From Bacteroidota bacterium (GTDB lineage Bacteria; Bacteroidota; Bacteroidia; 2-12-FULL-35-15), in NCBI GenBank assembly GCA_040388745.1, contig JAZKBF010000043.1, positions 84,405 to 148,404 of the forward strand: DNA of 64,000 bases. Reading direction: 5' to 3'. The notes beneath the pieces are model-generated. The model saw nothing but the letters and a program-made list of their open reading frames with translations. It was not told the origin of the DNA and did not search any database. The translations under genes and the position numbers were made by a program. Below are positions 9,642 through 20,026 of this stretch, in pieces (positions within the stretch are counted from its first letter, which is position 1; each line of letters opens with the position of its first letter).

Positions 9642-12026
9642 ATGTATAAACACATTATCCTATTGTTGCTTGTATTGTTTTCCTGTTTTGAAAATGGCAA
9701 TGCACAAATATATAAACAGACTATACGTGGAAAAGTTATAGACACTGATTCTAAATCACCTGTATTTGGTGCAAATATTATTTTATTGAATAGTGATACT
9801 TTGATCGGTTCAACAACTGATGTGGACGGAAAATTTCGTTTGGAAAATGTACCTATCGGGAGGCGGACGATAAAAGTAACTTCTATCGGATACGAAGAAA
9901 CTATATTGAATAATATTATTATTACTTCCGCTAAAGAAATGATCTTAACGGTTGAATTACGTGAGAAAGTTTACTCATCCGAAGTAATTGAAATAGTAGC
10001 TGAAAAAGATAAAACAAAAGCAAATAATGATCTGGTAAGTGTAAGCTCACGTAACTTTCAGGCGGAAGAAGCCAACCGTTATGCGGGAAGCAGAGGCGAT
10101 CCAAGTAAAATGGTTTCGAATTATGCAGGTGTTTCATCCGGGAATGATGCTCAGAATAATATTATTGTTCGTGGTAACTCACCGTTGGGTGTTTTGTGGC
10201 GTTTGGAAGGTGTTGATATACCAAATCCCAACCATTTTTCTACACAAGGGGCATCAGGTGGACCAATAAGTATGCTTAATACCAATGTACTTGGTAATTC
10301 TGATTTTTTAACCGGAGCCTTCCCATCTGAATATGGAAATAAAACAGCTGCAGTATTTGATCTGAAATTGCGAAACGGGAATAACGAAAAGAGAGAATTC
10401 ACCGGACAGGTTGGTGTTAATGGTATTGAGCTGGGAGCGGAAGGGCCGATATCAAAGAAAAAGGGAAGTTCTTATATTGTGAATTATCGTTATTCCACGT
10501 TGGAAGTATTTAACAGGTTGGGAATCTCATTTGGTGTTTCCGCTAGTCCTCAATACCAGGATCTGTCATACAAATTCAATATTCCAACCGAAAAGGCGGG
10601 CATATTTACTTTTTGGGGTATTGGTGGAATCAGCTCTATCTCTTTATTGGACAGCAAACAAAAATCAAGCGATTGGTCCTTTACTACAAAAGGAGAAGAT
10701 CTTGTTTTCAAAACAAGTATGGGCGCAACAGGACTTTCACATACTTATTTTTTTAAAAGTAATGTTTCGGGAAAACTTTCGTTGTCCGCTTCTGCAAGCG
10801 ATTTTGATGTAACTATTGATTCGCTTTCACCTGTGGATGTTTCCAAATTCAGAATAGCCGGAAACAATTCAACGGAAGGGAATTTAATTGCTAATTACAC
10901 AGTTACGGATAAAATAAATGCAAGTCATTTAGTTAAAGTAGGTGCAACTTATCAGACGCTGTTTTTCGATGCTCATTCCTTTGCGTATTCCACGTTATAT
11001 GGCAAATATATTAAGGAATTGGATGTAAATAATTCAACTGCAGGTTTGTTCCAATCTTTTGTAGCATGGCAATTCCGGCCTACGGATAAACTGACTATTA
11101 ATAGCGGTATACATTATCAGAATTTTTTATTGAATAAGACCTGGGCACTGGAACCACGGTTAGGGATGCGTTATCAGCTGTCGCCCAAACAAAATTTTAG
11201 TATTGGTTATGGAATGCACAGTCAGATGCAACCTACCATATATTATTTTTATGAAAATTACATTCCTGCAACCGACAGTTATTACATGAGCAACCGTAAT
11301 TTAGATCTGTCGAAAAGCCATCATCTTATTTTAAACTACGATTATAATTTTGCAAATGGTTTCAGGTTTAAACTCGAAACATATTATCAATATTTATATA
11401 ATATTCCTATACAGCAATATTCGAGTTCATCCTTCTCTATGATCAATGAGGGTAATGCTTTGGAAGGACTTACATTAATTGATAGTTTGGTGAACAAGGG
11501 CGATGGAAAAAATTATGGAGTAGAATTTACTATTGAAAGATTTTTTAGCAAGCACTATTATTTTTTAACCACTGCATCTGTATATCAATCAAAATATAAA
11601 GGCAGTAACAATTTGGAAAATCATACAAGTTATGATGGTGGATATGTGGCCAATGCCCTTGTTGGTTATGAATTAGAATTAGGAAAAAATAAAATCAAAT
11701 CGCTTTCACTTGATCTGAAATATACCCAAGCAGGAGGAAACAGGTATACACCAATAGATCTGGAAAAATCAAATGCTGCAGGTATGGCTGTTTATATTGA
11801 CAGTGAAGCTTTTTCAAAAAAAGTAAAAGATTATTCCCGATTTGATATTAAGCTTTCCTATAAAACGAACAGAAAAAAGACTTCACAAAGTTTATTTGTA
11901 AGTATTGAAAATATATTTGATACACAAAATATTCTTAGACAATCCTATAACAGGGATACAAAATCCATACAAACCGAATACCAATTCGGCATATTTCCTT
12001 ATGGTGGTTATAGGATAGAGTTTTAG
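9642..12026 (+). CDS. TonB-dependent outer-membrane receptor with N-terminal carboxypeptidase-regulatory-like domain
   Basis: 794 aa; signal peptide; CarbopepD_reg-like N-terminus (IRGKVIDTDSKSPVFGANIIL...TDVDGKFRLENVP); plug region with TonB-box-like DLVSVSS and NIIVRGNSPLGVLWRLEGVDI; C-terminal beta-barrel ending in aromatic F. No adjacent SusD. Confidence 0.85.
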   Translation: MYKHIILLLLVLFSCFENGNAQIYKQTIRGKVIDTDSKSPVFGANIILLNSDTLIGSTTDVDGKFRLENVPIGRRTIKVTSIGYEETILNNIIITSAKEMILTVELREKVYSSEVIEIVAEKDKTKANNDLVSVSSRNFQAEEANRYAGSRGDPSKMVSNYAGVSSGNDAQNNIIVRGNSPLGVLWRLEGVDIPNPNHFSTQGASGGPISMLNTNVLGNSDFLTGAFPSEYGNKTAAVFDLKLRNGNNEKREFTGQVGVNGIELGAEGPISKKKGSSYIVNYRYSTLEVFNRLGISFGVSASPQYQDLSYKFNIPTEKAGIFTFWGIGGISSISLLDSKQKSSDWSFTTKGEDLVFKTSMGATGLSHTYFFKSNVSGKLSLSASASDFDVTIDSLSPVDVSKFRIAGNNSTEGNLIANYTVTDKINASHLVKVGATYQTLFFDAHSFAYSTLYGKYIKELDVNNSTAGLFQSFVAWQFRPTDKLTINSGIHYQNFLLNKTWALEPRLGMRYQLSPKQNFSIGYGMHSQMQPTIYYFYENYIPATDSYYMSNRNLDLSKSHHLILNYDYNFANGFRFKLETYYQYLYNIPIQQYSSSSFSMINEGNALEGLTLIDSLVNKGDGKNYGVEFTIERFFSKHYYFLTTASVYQSKYKGSNNLENHTSYDGGYVANALVGYELELGKNKIKSLSLDLKYTQAGGNRYTPIDLEKSNAAGMAVYIDSEAFSKKVKDYSRFDIKLSYKTNRKKTSQSLFVSIENIFDTQNILRQSYNRDTKSIQTEYQFGIFPYGGYRIEF

Positions 12027-12086
12027 AAATTTTTCGGTCTATTGAATTTTAGAATCAATTTGTTTCTCAATTCTGAAATTCAACAA

Positions 12087-12854
12087 TTACTGTGCAATCC
12101 AGCCACCGTCTATAGGGATTGCGGTGCCTGTGATCATTGAAGCTGCATCAGAGGCTAAAAATAACGCTAAGGCCCCAATTGATTGACTGGTAACAAATTC
12201 TTTGATCGGATGTTTTGCAAGCATGATCTTATCGATCACTTCTTTTTCAGGGATATTATGGGATATGGATTGTTCCGAAATTTGTTTTTCAACTAAAGGT
12301 GTTTTAACATAACCCGGGCAAATTGCATTCGCAGTTATTCCGAATGGCGCACCTTCCAGTGCCAACACTTTTGTTAAGCCCACCAAGCCATGTTTTGAGG
12401 CCACATACGCTGCTTTGTATTCGGAAGCAACTAATCCGTGAGCTGAAGCAATATTAATGATCCTGCCGGTTTTTTTCTCTTTCATTCCCGGCCAAACAGC
12501 CTTAGAAGTATGAAATGCTGCTGTTAAATTAATTCCAATGATATCATTCCACTTCGCTGCAGGAAAATCCTCAATGGGTGAAACATATTGAATCCCCGCA
12601 TTGTTGATCAATACATCTATATTGCCGAATTTGGATGTTCCTTCTTTAATCATTGAACTGATCTCGGAAGGGTTAAGCATGTTGGCGGATAAGTATAGAG
12701 TATTCACCTTGTATTCTTTCCCAACCGATTCGGCTATTGCAGGTCCATCTGTTTCTAAACCATTAAAAATAATATTGTAACCTGCCTTCGCAAACTCCTT
12801 GGCAATGCCTAATCCAAGGCCACTGGTACTGCCTGTTATTAATACTGTTTTCAT
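12087..12854 (-). CDS. bdhA: 3-hydroxybutyrate dehydrogenase (SDR family)
   Basis: 255 aa; TGSTSGLGLGIA Rossmann motif, YVASKHG catalytic Tyr/Lys, C-terminal IDGGWIAQ typical of BDH. Confidence 0.75.
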   Translation of the reverse strand: MKTVLITGSTSGLGLGIAKEFAKAGYNIIFNGLETDGPAIAESVGKEYKVNTLYLSANMLNPSEISSMIKEGTSKFGNIDVLINNAGIQYVSPIEDFPAAKWNDIIGINLTAAFHTSKAVWPGMKEKKTGRIINIASAHGLVASEYKAAYVASKHGLVGLTKVLALEGAPFGITANAICPGYVKTPLVEKQISEQSISHNIPEKEVIDKIMLAKHPIKEFVTSQSIGALALFLASDAASMITGTAIPIDGGWIAQ

Positions 12855-12937
12855 AAGTTAAAAAAGATGTACTGTTTTTTTATCGTGTAAAAGTTCCCCT
12901 AAATAACCAAATTGAAAATCAAAAATCTTCAGTTTTT

Positions 12938-14017
12938 TTACTCCTTTATTTCATGAATACGATTAATAGGTATAACAAGTGCCTTGTTTAAAAGAATCCG
13001 CTTGTCGGTGATTCCCCAAATGGTTGTTTTTATTTGTTTAATGCCTTCATCATCAGCAAAAATAATTGTCACTTTCGTTTTATAATTATTTCCGAGCAAT
13101 ATTGCTCTTTCTATGTCTCGTTTTCGTTGCTGGATAGCGTCTTCCGATTGAAGTACTTCTTTATCGGGAAAATGCAATTCACTGATCTTACTTTTTTCGA
13201 TAGTAAGGGGTTTGACAGGGACCTGAATAAATTCCATTATCAATTGAACTGTTTGTGGAACCGCTTCCAGATTGAGCGTATGTCCGGCACCTGAGATAAC
13301 AATAAATTTACTTCCGGGAATTGAATCACCAACCGCTTTTCCCATGTGTACGGGCAGTAAAGCATCTTTTTCACCATGGATGACAATTGTTGGGATCTTA
13401 ATTTCTTTAAGTTTTTCTCTGTAGTCGCCACGTTTATAAGTGGCATCCATTAATTTGTTAAGAGCCCCGGCATCTGTATTGGTGGTTTGCCTTGAGTTTT
13501 TAAGAATATTAATAGGTATCAAAGGATGTTCAAAATAGGCTTCGCTTAATACGGTAGGGAGCATCACATCAAGCATAAGTGAATACCCTCCTGTATCTAA
13601 AGCTCTTTGCCAGGCTAATGATATTGCCTCAAAATAAGATGTTTTATGAGCAAAAGAGGAAAGCAGTATCAGGTTGTTCACTTTTTCGGGATAATTAAGA
13701 GCAATGTGCTGGGCAACGAGGCTTCCGTAGGATATACCTGCTATGTCTATCTTTTTTATCTGTAACGAATTAAGTAAACCATTCACATCGGCAGCATGTT
13801 GATCAAAGTCACGTTCAGCACTTTTTGAATCAGATTGCCCCTGGAAAATAAAATCACATAAAATAATCTGATAGTCGTTTGTAAAGGCCGGAAGCATTAA
13901 TAACCAGGCTACCGTTGATTGAGATAATCCATTAAGAAAAAGTATATATTTTTTTGAATTTAGATTTCCATGAACTTCATAATGAAGATTCAGATTGTCG
14001 GAAGTTTTATAGTACAT
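12938..14017 (-). CDS. alpha/beta-hydrolase fold protein with ~90 aa C-terminal extension of unknown function
   Basis: 359 aa; nucleophile elbow GISYGS, catalytic His near GAGHTLNLE; residues ~275-359 form an extra domain not part of the hydrolase fold. Confidence 0.6.
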   Translation of the reverse strand: MYYKTSDNLNLHYEVHGNLNSKKYILFLNGLSQSTVAWLLMLPAFTNDYQIILCDFIFQGQSDSKSAERDFDQHAADVNGLLNSLQIKKIDIAGISYGSLVAQHIALNYPEKVNNLILLSSFAHKTSYFEAISLAWQRALDTGGYSLMLDVMLPTVLSEAYFEHPLIPINILKNSRQTTNTDAGALNKLMDATYKRGDYREKLKEIKIPTIVIHGEKDALLPVHMGKAVGDSIPGSKFIVISGAGHTLNLEAVPQTVQLIMEFIQVPVKPLTIEKSKISELHFPDKEVLQSEDAIQQRKRDIERAILLGNNYKTKVTIIFADDEGIKQIKTTIWGITDKRILLNKALVIPINRIHEIKE

Positions 14018-14064
14018 ATGAAAAAGATTAACAGATTATTAAATGATTATTGTTAGTTGTTTGC

Positions 14065-15129
14065 CTATTGTCCAATTGTTAAATTGTTTTTTATTAGCAT
14101 TCCTTTGATCTTGATCCATGAATAACAAATGCCGCTGGAAACCAATAAAACACATACAAACCAGAGTGCTAAATATAAAGGATTTGACACGGTTTTATAT
14201 ATTTCGGTTGCAATATTTCCAATAATTATCCATTGAATTATATATACAATAGTAATGTTTTTTCCCAACCATTTCAAGTAAAGAAATAAAATTGTGGCTC
14301 CAAATCTCTTGTCAATTTCGTTAATAAAAAAACTATAAAAGAAGAGAAATGAGATCACCCATAAAAAGAAGATCAATCCATGATGATAATAGGCCGGGAG
14401 ATCGGATGAGATGGTAATAGCATATTGAATGGTAAGAGCCAAAAACAGTAGAAAGGAAACTCCAAGAATCATTTTTACCTTCGACTTATGTAGTAAGCTA
14501 AGATCATAACCCTGTGTTATTTTATACAAAAGAATACCTGTTAAAGAGTAGGATAACCAAGGGAATAAAGGGAAGTACGACCATGTTGAAGCGCCATAAA
14601 ACAATGAAAGGATATATTTTAAAAAGGGCTGTTCGGTAGAATGATCTAACAGGAAATTACCCAGAAATGCTGAAATAATAATAGAAACAATAACTAAAAT
14701 AATATTTCTATCAAGTGCTTTTTTCAATACTGCAATACAGATTATACTTAAACCGGCAAGTAGCAATATATCAACACCAAAAATATAAGGCCAAATATCA
14801 ATATCAAGTAAACCTTTATTTACCGATAAGATCAAATTGCAATTTAATGCAAGATTTAAAAATATTCCTAAAAAAATAATTTTTACTCCTCTTACTATTA
14901 ATTGAATTGTTGTTTTTTTTGATTGAGCAATAAAATACCCGAAGATCACCATAAATAAAGGAGCTACAGGAGGGCCTCCTAAAAAGAGTAGTAGTTGACC
15001 TAAGTTGCTTTTGAAAATATCGTGTGTAGCAAATAATTCAATGATGTGTACCTGAATCATCAATACTGCCGCTATTCCTTTTAATAAATCAGCAGTTGGG
15101 GTTCTGTTTGTCATTTTGAAAGAAGTCAA
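14065..15129 (-). CDS. membrane acyltransferase-like protein (DUF1624/DUF5009, heparan-alpha-glucosaminide N-acetyltransferase-like)
   Basis: 354 aa, ~10 TM; N-terminal R...DLLKGIAAVLMIQVH motif resembles this family. Confidence 0.45.
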   Translation of the reverse strand: MTSFKMTNRTPTADLLKGIAAVLMIQVHIIELFATHDIFKSNLGQLLLFLGGPPVAPLFMVIFGYFIAQSKKTTIQLIVRGVKIIFLGIFLNLALNCNLILSVNKGLLDIDIWPYIFGVDILLLAGLSIICIAVLKKALDRNIILVIVSIIISAFLGNFLLDHSTEQPFLKYILSLFYGASTWSYFPLFPWLSYSLTGILLYKITQGYDLSLLHKSKVKMILGVSFLLFLALTIQYAITISSDLPAYYHHGLIFFLWVISFLFFYSFFINEIDKRFGATILFLYLKWLGKNITIVYIIQWIIIGNIATEIYKTVSNPLYLALWFVCVLLVSSGICYSWIKIKGMLIKNNLTIGQ

Positions 15130-15272
15130 AAGAGAAAAAATTCAAAAGTCAAAAATTCTTTGCTCAACAAAAAAGAAGTCGAAATAAAGGACAAAATGTA
15201 ATTCAAGTATAAATTCAATTTTTTCTATTGTGATTATTTTGACTTTTGACTTAAAACTTTTAACTTTTTGAT

Positions 15273-17477
15273 CTAATTCCCAAATTCACTCATAAAACGA
15301 ATGCGCATTAACCGGATCTCTTCTTCAGTATAATCATCCTCACCTAATTCAGTTATGGCCGCCTCAATAGAATCAGTAGCTGATTCCTTGAAATATTCCA
15401 TAGCTTCCTGTTGCTTATCGTCATCCATATTATCGTTTATATAATAAGCGATATTCACTTTTGTTCCTGAGTGTACGATGCTTTCAATTTCGGCAATTAA
15501 ATCAGATAAACTTAATCCTTTTGCACTTGCAACATCTTCTAAAGGTAGCTTTCTGTCAATGCTTTGGATGATATGAACTTTTAATCCCGATTTATTAACG
15601 ATTGATTTTACAACAAGATCGAGTGGACGTTCGATTTCATTGTCCTCCACATATTTTGTAATAAGATCAAGAAATGGTTTTCCGAATTTTTGTGCTTTAC
15701 CTTGTCCAACTCCGGTTATATTAACCAACTCATCCATTTTAATAGGATACTGAATTGCCATTTCTTCCAGAGATAACTCTTGAAAAATAACGTAAGGAGG
15801 AAGTTTTAATTTATGGGCAGTTTGTTTTAATAGATCTTTTAATGCGGCAAATAAAGCAGCATCAGCACCGGAACCTCCTTTGTTACCAGGGCCTCCTTCA
15901 TCATCATCTGTTTCAGTTCCTTCATAATCGTGATCTTTGGTAACCATCATACTGTATGGCTCATCCATAAAAATTTTGCCTTCGGGGGTAGCTTTTAATA
16001 AACCATAATTTTCAACATCTTTAGCTAAAAGGCCTGACACGAGAGCCTGACGGATAACTGCATTCCAGTATTTTTCATTTTTTTCGTCTTCAGCTCCCTT
16101 ACCAAAACATTCCAGTTCGTTGTGTTTGTATGCTTTTGTTGTTGAATTGATAGTACCTAAAAGTATATTGATTATATCTTTCGTTTTAAATTTTTCTTTT
16201 ACGTCCAATATAGCTTCAATGGCTAATGCCACATCATCCATACCTTCAAATTTTTGTTTCGGGTTACGACAGTTGTCGCACATTCCACCACAGCCGGTAT
16301 CATCAAATTCTTCTCCAAAATAATGTAATAAGAATTTTCTTCTGCAACTTGATGTTTCAGCATAAGAAACGGTTTCATGTAATAGTTGTTTACCTATTTC
16401 CTGCTCAGAAACAGGCTTTCCTTTCATGAATTTTTCCAACTTCAAAATATCGTCATGGCTGTAGAAAGTAACACAGTTGCCTTCACCACCATCTCGCCCG
16501 CCACGACCAGTTTCCTGATAATAACCTTCTAATGATTTTGGAATGTCGTGGTGAATCACAAAACGAACATCCGGTTTGTCGATACCCATACCAAATGCAA
16601 TAGTAGCAACAATTACATCGATATCTTCCATCAAAAACAAGTCTTGTGTTTTTGCACGTTCTTTTGCTTCCAGACCCGCATGATATGGTAATGCTTTAAT
16701 ACCATTTACACGAAGTGTTTCAGCAAGCTCATCAACTTTTTTTCGGCTCAGGCAATATACAATACCTGATTTACCTTGTTGTCCTTTGATGTATTTGATA
16801 ATTTCTTTTATCGCATTAGTTTTGGGACGTATATCGTAATAAAGGTTGGAGCGGTTAAAAGATGATTTGTAAAGATTAGCACTTGTCATACCAAGGTTCT
16901 TTTGGATGTCCTGCTGTACTTTAGGTGTAGCTGTTGCGGTTAATGCAATGATCGGCACTTTTCCTATTTGCTCTATTATTTGGCGTAGTCTGCGGTATTC
17001 AGGGCGGAAATCATGTCCCCATTCGGATATACAGTGTGCTTCATCAATGGCAAAAAAGGAGATCTTTATTTCTTTAAAAAATGCAATATTGGCCTCTTTT
17101 GTTAAACTTTCAGGTGCTACATATAATAGTTTTGTTTTCCCATCAGTAATATCTTTTTTAACTTTAGTTATTTCAACTTTTGATAAGGATGAATTAAGGA
17201 AGTGGGCGATGCCTTCTTCATTACCGAAGTTACGTAACGCATCTACCTGATTTTTCATCAAAGCAATAAGTGGTGAAACAATAATAGCAGTACCTCCACT
17301 CACTAAAGCGGGTAATTGATAACATAAGGATTTACCTCCACCGGTAGGCATAATTACAAATGTATCTTTGCCTTCCATAAGGCTTGTAATAATTGCCTCT
17401 TGCTGTCCTTTAAAGCTGTCGAATCCGAAAAATTTTTGCAAACATTGTTGAAGGGACGTATCTACATCGAGCATCAT
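15273..17477 (-). CDS. recQ: ATP-dependent DNA helicase RecQ
   Basis: 734 aa; DEAH box (DEAHCISEWGHDFRPEY), zinc-binding Cys cluster (CRRKFLLHYFGE...CGGMCDNC), RQC and C-terminal HRDC-like regions. Confidence 0.95.
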   Translation of the reverse strand: MMLDVDTSLQQCLQKFFGFDSFKGQQEAIITSLMEGKDTFVIMPTGGGKSLCYQLPALVSGGTAIIVSPLIALMKNQVDALRNFGNEEGIAHFLNSSLSKVEITKVKKDITDGKTKLLYVAPESLTKEANIAFFKEIKISFFAIDEAHCISEWGHDFRPEYRRLRQIIEQIGKVPIIALTATATPKVQQDIQKNLGMTSANLYKSSFNRSNLYYDIRPKTNAIKEIIKYIKGQQGKSGIVYCLSRKKVDELAETLRVNGIKALPYHAGLEAKERAKTQDLFLMEDIDVIVATIAFGMGIDKPDVRFVIHHDIPKSLEGYYQETGRGGRDGGEGNCVTFYSHDDILKLEKFMKGKPVSEQEIGKQLLHETVSYAETSSCRRKFLLHYFGEEFDDTGCGGMCDNCRNPKQKFEGMDDVALAIEAILDVKEKFKTKDIINILLGTINSTTKAYKHNELECFGKGAEDEKNEKYWNAVIRQALVSGLLAKDVENYGLLKATPEGKIFMDEPYSMMVTKDHDYEGTETDDDEGGPGNKGGSGADAALFAALKDLLKQTAHKLKLPPYVIFQELSLEEMAIQYPIKMDELVNITGVGQGKAQKFGKPFLDLITKYVEDNEIERPLDLVVKSIVNKSGLKVHIIQSIDRKLPLEDVASAKGLSLSDLIAEIESIVHSGTKVNIAYYINDNMDDDKQQEAMEYFKESATDSIEAAITELGEDDYTEEEIRLMRIRFMSEFGN

Positions 17478-17658
17478 TTTAATATTTTTGATTTTTAATT
17501 AATATAGCGTGTAATAGATTATCAAGGAAAAAAACTAATTTTATACCGTTTTAATGAATCAGCAAAATTTGTTTCTTTTATTATTGTTAATGTAAATATA
17601 TAGTAAAATTTGTTCTAATGACAAACAGTTCTCCACTTTATTTTAAATATTCTACCAA

Positions 17659-18627
17659 GTGAATAAATCCATCGATAAAATAATTGAACTGGCCAAATCA
17701 ACCTTAACTATTGAGGCGGACTCAATTCGTAATCTGTTGAATTATATCAATAATGATTTTGTTGCATGTGTTCAACTAATATATGAATCAAAAGGAAGGG
17801 TTGTTGTTACTGGTATCGGAAAGAGTGCGATTATTGCTCAAAAAATAGTAGCTACTTTTAATTCAACCGGTACTCCAGCCATATTTATGCATGCTGCGGA
17901 TGCTATACATGGTGATTTAGGTACCCTTCAGCAGGATGATATTGTAATATGTATTTCGAAAAGCGGAAATACACCGGAAATTAAGGTATTGGTCCCACTT
18001 TTAAAAATTGGGGGAAATAAACTGATCGCATTGGTTGGTAATATTGAATCGTATTTGGCTAAACAAGCTGATTATATATTAAACTCTACAGTGGAGAAAG
18101 AGGCTTGTCCGAATAACCTTGCACCAACCTCAAGCACTACGGCACAATTAGCCATGGGGGATGCTTTAGCGGTTTGTTTGCTTGATTACAGAGGCTTTTC
18201 CAGTAAAGACTTTGCCAAGTATCATCCAGGAGGAGCATTGGGAAAGAAATTGTATTTAAAAGTTTCAGATATTTCATCACAAAATGAAACCCCCCAAGTG
18301 AAACCTGGTGATTCAATAAAAGCGGTTATTCTGGAGATTTCGTCCAAGCGATTGGGTGCCACTGCTGTAATTGATAATGATGAGTTAGTTGGTGTGATCA
18401 CTGATGGTGATTTGCGTAGAATGCTTGAAAAATCTGATTCCATAAATGATCTAAAGGCTTCTGATATTATGAATAAAACACCTAAAAGGATAGAGGCGGA
18501 TGAATTGGCAATAAACGCAATGTTATTGTTGGAACAGAATAATATCACGCAATTAATTGTGACGGATAAAGGGAAGTATCATGGTTTTGTACATTTGCAT
18601 GATCTGCTTAAAGAAGGGATAATTTAA
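17659..18627 (+). CDS. kpsF: arabinose-5-phosphate isomerase (KpsF/GutQ family; SIS + tandem CBS domains)
   Basis: 322 aa; SIS motif VVVTGIGKSAIIAQKIVATFNSTGTPA, ISKSGNT, then two CBS domains. Confidence 0.9.
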   Translation: MNKSIDKIIELAKSTLTIEADSIRNLLNYINNDFVACVQLIYESKGRVVVTGIGKSAIIAQKIVATFNSTGTPAIFMHAADAIHGDLGTLQQDDIVICISKSGNTPEIKVLVPLLKIGGNKLIALVGNIESYLAKQADYILNSTVEKEACPNNLAPTSSTTAQLAMGDALAVCLLDYRGFSSKDFAKYHPGGALGKKLYLKVSDISSQNETPQVKPGDSIKAVILEISSKRLGATAVIDNDELVGVITDGDLRRMLEKSDSINDLKASDIMNKTPKRIEADELAINAMLLLEQNNITQLIVTDKGKYHGFVHLHDLLKEGII

Positions 18628-18750
18628 ATCCTACGAATTACGAATTTTAACGAATTACGAATCTGTGTTTTTATAATTTATAATTTTTAAATAAGTATTA
18701 TACATATATCCCTAAAAAGCTTCTTTTTGGGGAGATAGAAGGATCTTTAA

Positions 18751-19467
18751 ATGAAAAGAATAGCGGCCATAGTTCCAGCATACAATGAAGAAGAGGCAAT
18801 AGCATTTGTTGTGAATGATATTAATACTTTGGCGGAATCTCAACAATTATTGATAGATGTAATTGTGGTAAATGATTGTTCTAAAGATTCCACAGCAGAG
18901 GTAATTTCCAAACTTAACTGTATTGCTCTAAACCTGCCTATTAATTTAGGAATAGGCGGTGCAGTACAAACTGGTTTCAAATACGCTTTAAAAAATGGTT
19001 ACGACTATGCTATACAGATTGATGGAGATGGACAACATCCTGCATCCGAAATTCCAAAGATTGTAAATGCAGCTATTAACGATAATTTCGATGTTGTTAT
19101 TGGTTCCCGGTTTATTTCAAATGAAGGTTTTCAGTCATCTGCTGTTCGAAGGATGGGAATTAATTATTTTAAATGGCTGAATCGCCTGTTGGTGGGTACA
19201 GTTGTAAATGATAGCACTTCAGGTTTTCGTTTAATTAATAGAAAGGTTTTGGAAATAGTGGCAGAGTATTATCCTGATGAATATCCAGAACCGGAAGCGA
19301 TCATTATGTATTCGCTTAATAATTTTAAAATTGGCGAAGTCCCTGTAACAATGAAAGAGAGGCAAGGAGGGGTTTCATCAATTGGTACCATTGCATCGGT
19401 TTATTATATGTTTAAAGTTACACTGGCAATAATTTTTACGTTTACACGAATGACATTCAGGAAATAA
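18751..19467 (+). CDS. GT2 glycosyltransferase, DPM1/GtrB-like polyprenyl-phosphate sugar synthase
   Basis: 238 aa; AAIVPAYNEEEAI, VVNDCSKDST, DGDGQH DXD region; family assignment from these motifs. Confidence 0.8.
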   Translation: MKRIAAIVPAYNEEEAIAFVVNDINTLAESQQLLIDVIVVNDCSKDSTAEVISKLNCIALNLPINLGIGGAVQTGFKYALKNGYDYAIQIDGDGQHPASEIPKIVNAAINDNFDVVIGSRFISNEGFQSSAVRRMGINYFKWLNRLLVGTVVNDSTSGFRLINRKVLEIVAEYYPDEYPEPEAIIMYSLNNFKIGEVPVTMKERQGGVSSIGTIASVYYMFKVTLAIIFTFTRMTFRK

Positions 19468-19522
19468 AGTAAAAAGAGACAAAAGGCAAAATTCAAAAAT
19501 TTTTGACTAAAAAAATAACATT

Positions 19523-19870
19523 ATGGCAAAAATCCAGATCGTAGCAATAGCAGTTAGTTTACTGTTTTTATTTTATATTGTTCGTTTGATCATTAAAGGG
19601 AAATTACGCGAAGAATATTCAATAGTTTGGATCGTGTGTACAATTGTATTGATCCTGTTTTCATTTTGGAGAAACGGGTTGGAAGTTCTTGCGAATACAT
19701 TAGGTGTGTACGAAGCTCCAAACCTAGTGTTTACAGGTGCTATCTTTGCCATTTTAATTTATCTTTTGCATTTAAGTATCGTGGTTTCAAAATTACATTC
19801 GCAAAATAAGCAGTTGGCACAAGAGATCGCATTGCTAAAAAACGAGTTTGTTAAAAACAAAGCCAATTAA
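19523..19870 (+). CDS. DUF2304 small membrane protein (typical partner of GtrB/DPM1-like GT2; putative lipid-linked sugar translocation accessory)
   Basis: 115 aa, 3-4 TM, immediately downstream of the GT2; this pairing recurs in many bacteria. Confidence 0.55.
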   Translation: MAKIQIVAIAVSLLFLFYIVRLIIKGKLREEYSIVWIVCTIVLILFSFWRNGLEVLANTLGVYEAPNLVFTGAIFAILIYLLHLSIVVSKLHSQNKQLAQEIALLKNEFVKNKAN

Positions 19871-20026
19871 TTCAATAGGCAATTTAACAGTAGGCAATTA
19901 AGAGGTAATCAATTAGAAAAATTAGAGAAACGCGCACTGCTTATCTGGCTATTGCCAAATTGAACAATTGTAAAATTAGTTTTTTAATTGCCTACTGCGA
20001 AATTGTAAAATTGTTAAATTATTTTC

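Noticed and set aside
10081-10812. Several 62-93 aa ORFs within or antisense to the TonB receptor gene
   Set aside because: All nested in the 794 aa receptor with good plug/barrel motifs.
16120-17250. 67-114 aa ORFs antisense to recQ
   Set aside because: Shadow ORFs of a highly conserved helicase gene.
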